From NCBI GenBank assembly GCA_965238075.1, contig OZ250173.1, forward strand, positions 1,792,001 to 1,856,000: a stretch of 64,000 bases of DNA, given 5' to 3'. Origin of the DNA: Candidatus Entotheonellaceae bacterium. Lineage in GTDB: Bacteria; Tectomicrobia; Entotheonellia; Entotheonellales; Entotheonellaceae. The translations under genes were made by a program, and so were the position numbers. Shown here one piece after another: positions 58,488 to 64,000 of this stretch; the stretch's first letter is position 1, and every line of letters starts with the position of its first letter. The notes below the pieces were generated by a model. It ran no database searches. It was not told where the DNA came from and saw only the letters and a list, made by a program, of their open reading frames with translations.

Positions 58488-60941
58488 CTACTCGCGCATC
58501 TCGGCGCCCAGTTCGGCGGCGGTGCGCTCCTGGATGCGCCGGTACAACACGCGCACCTCGTCCTCGGTCAAACTGCGGTCGTCGGCCTGGAACGTCAGCG
58601 CATACGCCAGGCTCTTCTTGCCGGCTGGAATCGGCTCACCGACATACAGGTCGAAAAGCGTCACCTCGCGCAGCCACTCGCCGCCGGCAGTGCGAATGGC
58701 ATCCTCGACGGCCTGAGCGGGCAAGTCGTCGTCAACCACCAGCGCCACGTCCTCCAGAACGGCCGGGAAGCGCGAGATGGGCTGGTAGCGCCGCGGTTGG
58801 CGACGCGCCAGCAAGAGGTCGAGATTCAGTTCCAGCATGGCCACCGACCGGTCCGCCAGATCGAACCGCTCGCAAACCTGCGGGTGCACGTCACCGGCGA
58901 TGCCGAGCGGCTCGCCGCCGATGGACAGAGCAGCGGTGCGCGCCGGATGCAGGACGGCGTGCGTGGCGGCGGCAAAGCGCACCTGCGGCACGTTAAGGCG
59001 CTGCATCAGAATATCGATAATGCCCTTGAGGTGCGTCCAGCCGAACCGCGGCGGCTCGTCGGCGTCGTGCCACGAACGGGGCAGCAGCGGGCCGGTGACG
59101 GCAATACCGAGATAGCGCTGCTCCAGCGGCAGTTCCTCCCCGGCCTGCGGCCAGTACACCCGCCCGATCTCGAACAACGCCATGCGCTGGCGGTAGCGCC
59201 GGTTCGTGCTCAGGGTTTCCAGCAGGCTGGGCAGCAGCGATTGCCTCAGAAGCTGGCGCTCCTGGCTGATCGGGTTGGCCAGGCTGATGTAATCCTCGGC
59301 CAGCGCCGCCGGCCCCTCGGCGCGGGCGCGGTTGATGCTTTCCAGGCTGGACAGGGAGTACGAGAGAATTTCGGTCAGGCCGCAGCCGACCAGAATGTCG
59401 CGGGTCTGCTCCAAACCCTCCAGGTGGGGCTGCGAGCGCTGCGGCGGCAGCACGTCCCGGATCAGCGTCGTCGGGATCGCATCGTAGCCGTGGATGCGGG
59501 CGATTTCTTCAATCAGGTCGGCAGGCTCGGACACGTCGAGCCGGCGGCTCGGCACAGCGACTTCAAGACAAGTGTCGCCGTTCTCGTGATGCGTCGTACA
59601 GCCGAATTCCAGAGAGGTCAAAATCCTCGTCGTGTCGGCAGGGCTGAATTCCATGCCCAGGATGCGCGTGACCTCCGCCGTGCGCAGTGTGATGGTCTTG
59701 GGGCTCGGCGGCGCCGGGTAGGTATCGGCGATCTCGGGGTGCAGGGTGCCGCCGCCCAGGGTCTCCATGAGCCGCGAGGCGCGCAGCAGGGCCGGGACCG
59801 TCAGGTCGGTGTCCACCCCGCGGCCAAAGCGCTGCGCCGCCTCGCTGTGCAGGCGCAACTGTTGCGAGGTGCGGCGGATATTGACAAAATTGAAATTCGC
59901 CGACTCCAGAAAGATGTGCCGGGTGCCCTCGGTCACCTCGGTCGCCGCGCCGCCCATGACGCCGGCAAGGGCGATGGGGCCGGAGTCATCGGTGATCAGC
60001 AGCATGTCGGTGGTCAGCTGGCGCTCGACGCCGTCCAAAGTTTGCATCGTCTCGCCCCGGCGCGCCCGCCGCACCACGACGCCGCCCTGCAGCGTCTCGT
60101 AGTCGAAGGCGTGAAGGGGCTGCCCCGTTTCGAGCATAACGTAATTGGTGATGTCCACGATATTGTTGATCGGGCGCTGGCCGGCGACCTGCAGGCGCCG
60201 CTGCATCCACGGCGGAGAGGGCTGGATGGTGACGTTCTCGATCAGGGAAGCCGAGTAGCGGGCGCACAGGTCGGCGTCGGAACTGGCCACGGAGCCATAC
60301 GCGGTGGCAGCGGCATGGGGTCCGGCGGCGGCATCGGCAGGCCCGGCGCGCCAGGGCTGGCCGGTGAGGGCGGCGATTTCCCGCGCCAGCCCGATAATGC
60401 AGTTGGCGCGCGCCAGGTTGGGTGTCAGCTCGACGTCCAGAACGGTGTCCCCCAGCGCGTTCGTTAACGGCTGTCCCACCGGCAGGTCGGGGTCGAGAAT
60501 GATCACGCCAGTGTGATCATCGGACAACCCCAGCTCCTTTTCCGAGCAGACCATGCCGGCCGACTCCACGCCGCGGATGCTGGTGCGGCTGAGTGTCTGG
60601 AGGCGCGGCGTCTCGCTGTATCCGTCCCGTAGCCGCGCGCCCTCGACCGCGAAAGCCACCTTCTGCCCGCAATCACCCGGCCTCAGGTTGGGCGCCCCGG
60701 TTACCACCGTCTGGGGCTCGCCTTGCCCGTAAGCCACCGTCGCCAGCACCAGCCGATCGGCGTGCGGATGGGCGATGACGTCCATCACCTCGCCGACGAA
60801 CAGCTTGTCGCGCTGCCAGTCGGCCCCGATATGCTCGACCCCGCCCACCTCCAGGCCGGCCATCGTCATGCGGTCCACGAGGGTGTCGAGGGGTATCGCG
60901 ATGTCCACAAAATCTTTCAACCAACTCAGCGGCGCGCGCAT
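58488..60941 (-). CDS. pheT: Phenylalanyl-tRNA synthetase beta subunit
   Basis: HPHADRL, GAPN, RGVESAGMVCS, TPN, VDITNYVMLETGQPLHAFD, DLIEEIAR, KKSLAY. Confidence 0.97.
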   Translation of the reverse strand: MRAPLSWLKDFVDIAIPLDTLVDRMTMAGLEVGGVEHIGADWQRDKLFVGEVMDVIAHPHADRLVLATVAYGQGEPQTVVTGAPNLRPGDCGQKVAFAVEGARLRDGYSETPRLQTLSRTSIRGVESAGMVCSEKELGLSDDHTGVIILDPDLPVGQPLTNALGDTVLDVELTPNLARANCIIGLAREIAALTGQPWRAGPADAAAGPHAAATAYGSVASSDADLCARYSASLIENVTIQPSPPWMQRRLQVAGQRPINNIVDITNYVMLETGQPLHAFDYETLQGGVVVRRARRGETMQTLDGVERQLTTDMLLITDDSGPIALAGVMGGAATEVTEGTRHIFLESANFNFVNIRRTSQQLRLHSEAAQRFGRGVDTDLTVPALLRASRLMETLGGGTLHPEIADTYPAPPSPKTITLRTAEVTRILGMEFSPADTTRILTSLEFGCTTHHENGDTCLEVAVPSRRLDVSEPADLIEEIARIHGYDAIPTTLIRDVLPPQRSQPHLEGLEQTRDILVGCGLTEILSYSLSSLESINRARAEGPAALAEDYISLANPISQERQLLRQSLLPSLLETLSTNRRYRQRMALFEIGRVYWPQAGEELPLEQRYLGIAVTGPLLPRSWHDADEPPRFGWTHLKGIIDILMQRLNVPQVRFAAATHAVLHPARTAALSIGGEPLGIAGDVHPQVCERFDLADRSVAMLELNLDLLLARRQPRRYQPISRFPAVLEDVALVVDDDLPAQAVEDAIRTAGGEWLREVTLFDLYVGEPIPAGKKSLAYALTFQADDRSLTEDEVRVLYRRIQERTAAELGAEMRE

Positions 60942-61019
60942 GCTTGCGTCCCTTATGCAGCCATGAAGCACCGAGGCACGCCTCGGCCCCCGCGATACGG
61001 CCTGTGTTGCCGGTGCGGT

Positions 61020-62069
61020 CTATCCGAATTGTTCGAGGAAGCGAAGGTCGTTGCTGAAGAAGTAGCGGATGTCGTCGATGCCGTACTTCTGCATCATGAT
61101 ACGTTCCGGCCCCATGCCGAAGGCGAAGCCGCTGAAGCGCTCCGGGTCGTAACCGCCGTTGCGCAGCACGGTGGGATGCACCATGCCGGCGCCCAGTATC
61201 TCCAGCCAGCCGGTACGCTTGCACAGGGTGCAGCCGTCACCGTTGCAGACAATGCAGTCCATGTCGACCTCGACGCTCGGCTCGGTGAAGGGAAAGTGGC
61301 TGCAGCGGAAGCGGACCTGACGCTCGGCGCCGTACATGCGGCGGGCGAAGTTGACCAGCACGCCTTTCAGATCGGCCATGGTGATGTTCTCGCCGACCGC
61401 CAGCCCCTCCACTTGGTGGAACATGATTTCCGAACGAGCAGTGATGGCCTCGTAGCGGTAGCACATACCCGGCAGAATGACCCGGATGGGGTCGGGATGA
61501 AAGGCCTGCATGGCGCGAATCTGCCCCGGCGAGGTATGGGTGCGCAACACCACGCGCTCGTCAATGTAAAAAGTGTCCCACATATCGCGGGCGGGGTGGT
61601 AGGGCGGGATGTTGAGCAGCTCGAAGTTGTAGTAGTCGCTTTCCACCTCACGGCTGTCGAATATCTGAAAGCCCATGTCGCCGAAAATGGCGGCGATCTC
61701 GCGCAGCGTCTGGGTGCTGGGATGCAACCGGCCCAGGCTCAGCGGATAGCCGGGGAGGGTCACGTCGACCCGCTCCTGCGCCAGGGTCCTGGCCAGCTTG
61801 GCCTGCTTGATCGCCCCAACCTGTGCCTCGAAGGCCGCCTCCAGAGCGCTTTTGACCTCGTTCGATACCTGCCCGACTTGCGGCCGCTGTTCCGTCGGCA
61901 GGGTTCCGATGCCCCGCATCACCTGCGTCAGCGCGCCCTTGCGACCCAGGTAATGCACCCGCCAGCCGTCGAGCGTGGTGAGGTCGCTCACTTGCGCCAA
62001 GCGCTCCAGCGCCTCCGTGTGCACCTCGCGCAACTGGTCAACCAACGGGTTCCGATCGCTCACTGACAT
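61020..62069 (-). CDS. pheS: Phenylalanyl-tRNA synthetase alpha subunit
   Basis: HPARDMWDTF, LRTHTS, FHQVEG, FPFTEPS, GFAFGMG. Confidence 0.97.
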   Translation of the reverse strand: MSVSDRNPLVDQLREVHTEALERLAQVSDLTTLDGWRVHYLGRKGALTQVMRGIGTLPTEQRPQVGQVSNEVKSALEAAFEAQVGAIKQAKLARTLAQERVDVTLPGYPLSLGRLHPSTQTLREIAAIFGDMGFQIFDSREVESDYYNFELLNIPPYHPARDMWDTFYIDERVVLRTHTSPGQIRAMQAFHPDPIRVILPGMCYRYEAITARSEIMFHQVEGLAVGENITMADLKGVLVNFARRMYGAERQVRFRCSHFPFTEPSVEVDMDCIVCNGDGCTLCKRTGWLEILGAGMVHPTVLRNGGYDPERFSGFAFGMGPERIMMQKYGIDDIRYFFSNDLRFLEQFG

Positions 62070-62111
62070 GCTGTTCTCCGGCTGTGAAACGGGGCTGTTG
62101 AGAGCGCGGCA

Positions 62112-62179
62112 ATTATACGCTTGACCGCAGCGCCGTGACAACGCGGACTTTTGTATTCAAGGCGATACCGGGATACAAT
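62112..62179. promoter_or_regulatory. Back-to-back sigma-70-type promoters
   Basis: Minus: TTGTCA-18-TATAAT (62141 to 62112). Plus: TTGTAT-17-TACAAT (62151-62179). Confidence 0.6.
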
Positions 62180-62229
62180 GAGCCGTTTTTCGACCGCGTA
62201 TCGCGCACGCTTTTCAAGCGGGAGACATC

Positions 62230-62535
62230 ATGGCTGCGGACAACGAATCAGCCAAACTCACCTGTCCTTGCTGCCAGGCGACCCTGGTGGTCGATCGTGA
62301 AACGCTGCGGATCCTGTATGCCACCGAAAACCGCGTCAAAGCCGGCGGCGCCTCCTTTGAACAATCCCTGCAAGACCTGCGGGAGCGGGAGAAGCAAAAG
62401 GGCGGCCGCTTCCAGCAAGCCGTAGAAGAGGAAAAGGCGCGCAAGGCTTTGCTTGGCAAGAAGTTCCAGGAACTCCGCAAAGAGGCTGAGGAAACGCCGA
62501 CCGAGCGCCCGTTGCGCCCCTTCGACCTCGATTAG
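62230..62535 (+). CDS. Small hypothetical protein with CPCC motif and coiled coil
   Basis: SD GGAG; LTCPCCQATLVVD; charged helical C-terminus ending RPFDLD. Confidence 0.75.
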   Translation: MAADNESAKLTCPCCQATLVVDRETLRILYATENRVKAGGASFEQSLQDLREREKQKGGRFQQAVEEEKARKALLGKKFQELRKEAEETPTERPLRPFDLD

Positions 62536-62546
62536 AAGCCGGACAG

Positions 62547-63728
62547 ATGACAGATGCGTTGCAAGGCGTCACGGTTCTGGAAGTATCCGGGGCCTCTCCT
62601 GGAAGCTTCTGCACCATGCTACTGGCCTGCATGGGCGCTGAAGTGCTGAAGATCGAACCGCCGGCTGCGGACAAACGGTCGGTTGCCAGCGCCTATCTGG
62701 ACCGGAACAAGAAGAGCCTGGGTCTGGACTTAGACAGCGCTGCCGGTCAGGAGATTTTGCACCAACTTGCCGGCCGCGCCGACGTGTTGGTGGAAAGCTT
62801 CAGACCCGGCGCCATGCAGCGGCTCAACGCCGACTACCCCACCCTCAGCCGGATCAATCCCCGCCTCATCTATTGCTCGCTCAGCGGTTACGGCCAAACC
62901 GGCCCGTACCGCGACCTGCCGGGCTCGGACGTGACGTACCTCGCCATGAGCGGCGTGCTGGACCTGATTGGCGAGGCCGACCGTCCGCCCGCTATCCCCC
63001 TCAATCTGATCGCCGATTACGGCGGTGCCGCCATGCACGGCGCCGTCGGCATTCTGCTGGCCTTGTACGCCCGCGGCAACAGTGGGCGCGGTCAGCACGT
63101 GGACGTGTCGCACCTTGACGCCACCCTGTCCATGCTCGCCGCCACTCCGCTGATGGTGCCGTTCTTCGACGGCGGTGTGCTACCGCGGCGCGGCCAAGGG
63201 CCCTACAGCGGTCGGTATGCGTTCTACACCACGTACGAAACGCAGGACGGGAAGTTGCTGTCGGTGGGAAGCAGCGAGCCTTGGCTGTGGAGCAACCTGT
63301 GCGAGGCCCTGGGCCGACCCGATCTGTCGAAGTATTCGCGCGGCCCCGAGCATCTGACCCGCGGCCCCACACCCGAAGAAGCCCAAGTGCGCGAAGAATT
63401 GCAGGCCGTCTTCCGGCGGCGCAGCCGCGACGACTGGCTGGCCTATCTGGCTGACAAAAACGTCTGCGTCAGTGCGGTCAATACCTTGTCGGAGGTATTT
63501 GAGGACCCGCAAGTGCAGCACCGCGGCATGCTCGTGCAGCATGAGGGCTCGGCAGGGGAGGGCCAACTCGACCGCCAAGTCGGCATGGGCATCAAGCTCA
63601 GTGACACGCCGGGCCGTTTCCGCCACTCGGCGCCGCAACCGGGGCAGCACACCGATGAGATTTTATCCAGCCTGGGATATGGTGAATCCGATCTGAAAGG
63701 CCTGCGCGAACAACGCGTGGTGGGATAG
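62547..63728 (+). CDS. CaiB/BaiF class III CoA transferase
   Basis: GAEVLKIEPP, RNKKS, DVLVESFRPG, YCSLSGYGQTGP, GRGQHVDVS, GQHTDEIL. Confidence 0.95.
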   Translation: MTDALQGVTVLEVSGASPGSFCTMLLACMGAEVLKIEPPAADKRSVASAYLDRNKKSLGLDLDSAAGQEILHQLAGRADVLVESFRPGAMQRLNADYPTLSRINPRLIYCSLSGYGQTGPYRDLPGSDVTYLAMSGVLDLIGEADRPPAIPLNLIADYGGAAMHGAVGILLALYARGNSGRGQHVDVSHLDATLSMLAATPLMVPFFDGGVLPRRGQGPYSGRYAFYTTYETQDGKLLSVGSSEPWLWSNLCEALGRPDLSKYSRGPEHLTRGPTPEEAQVREELQAVFRRRSRDDWLAYLADKNVCVSAVNTLSEVFEDPQVQHRGMLVQHEGSAGEGQLDRQVGMGIKLSDTPGRFRHSAPQPGQHTDEILSSLGYGESDLKGLREQRVVG

Positions 63729-63746
63729 TAGCCTGACGTCGGCCGC

Positions 63747-64000
63747 CTACTGCTCTTCAGCGATAGCCCCCTCATCGACGAGAATCAGGACTTCGGCCAG
63801 CATGCCGGCCCGGAAGCCGGGGTCGGCGTCCTCGATGGCTATCTTAACGGGGACTTTTTGCTCGCGGCGGGTGAAGAAGCGTTCAGGAGGCAGTCCCGAC
63901 ATTTCGGCCGCGGTGGTGGGGTTGATACGCGTCACGCGCCCGCGGTAGGGCTTGCCGCGTCCCAGGACGTGGGTACGATAAGCGTCGACCCAGACCTCCG
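63747..64000 (-). CDS. HlyD-type efflux adaptor, C-terminal part (5' end off window)
   Basis: YRGRVTRINPTTAAE...QKVPVKIAI...FRAGMLAEV. Confidence 0.75.
   Translation of the reverse strand, partial: EVWVDAYRTHVLGRGKPYRGRVTRINPTTAAEMSGLPPERFFTRREQKVPVKIAIEDADPGFRAGMLAEVLILVDEGAIAEEQ

Noticed and set aside
58230-60467. 745-aa plus-strand ORF
   Set aside because: Antisense shadow of pheT.

Overview
High-GC bacterial chromosome segment, probably from a diderm (lipoproteins, a Tat substrate, a HlyD-type protein). The taxon cannot be fixed from sequence alone. The many SDR, LLM, amidase, CoA-transferase and NHL paralogues recall Tectomicrobia/SAR202-like environmental or sponge-associated genomes (inference). 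The backbone holds housekeeping and metabolic genes (murJ, DEAD-box helicase, rluD-like, lspA, trpS, class I fumarase, dacB-like, a sigma-70 factor, pheST), a complete MoxR-DUF58-BatA-E operon and tandem ZIP transporters. Several small, decayed accessory islets interrupt it. Two are bracketed by duplicated ends of the host gene (murJ 5' end; batE 3' end, 65 bp identical) and hold toxin-antitoxin modules plus remnants of a type III restriction enzyme, a tyrosine recombinase and a pRiA4b-ORF3 protein. Main signals: (i) a lipoprotein kexin-type S8 protease with no propeptide, coupled to an upstream secreted ORF that looks like a separately encoded propeptide/chaperone; (ii) four MITE-like shells with CT(A/G)GAGC/TAGAGC ends, each enclosing a palindromic repeat, one with a DUF559 remnant; (iii) toxins inactivated while most antitoxins stay intact; (iv) dead genes collapsed to their two ends by internal deletion; (v) an AAA+/winged-helix ATPase behind a 55-bp tripartite palindrome. 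No rRNA, tRNA or CRISPR array was seen. Family calls come from motif recognition by eye, not database searches.
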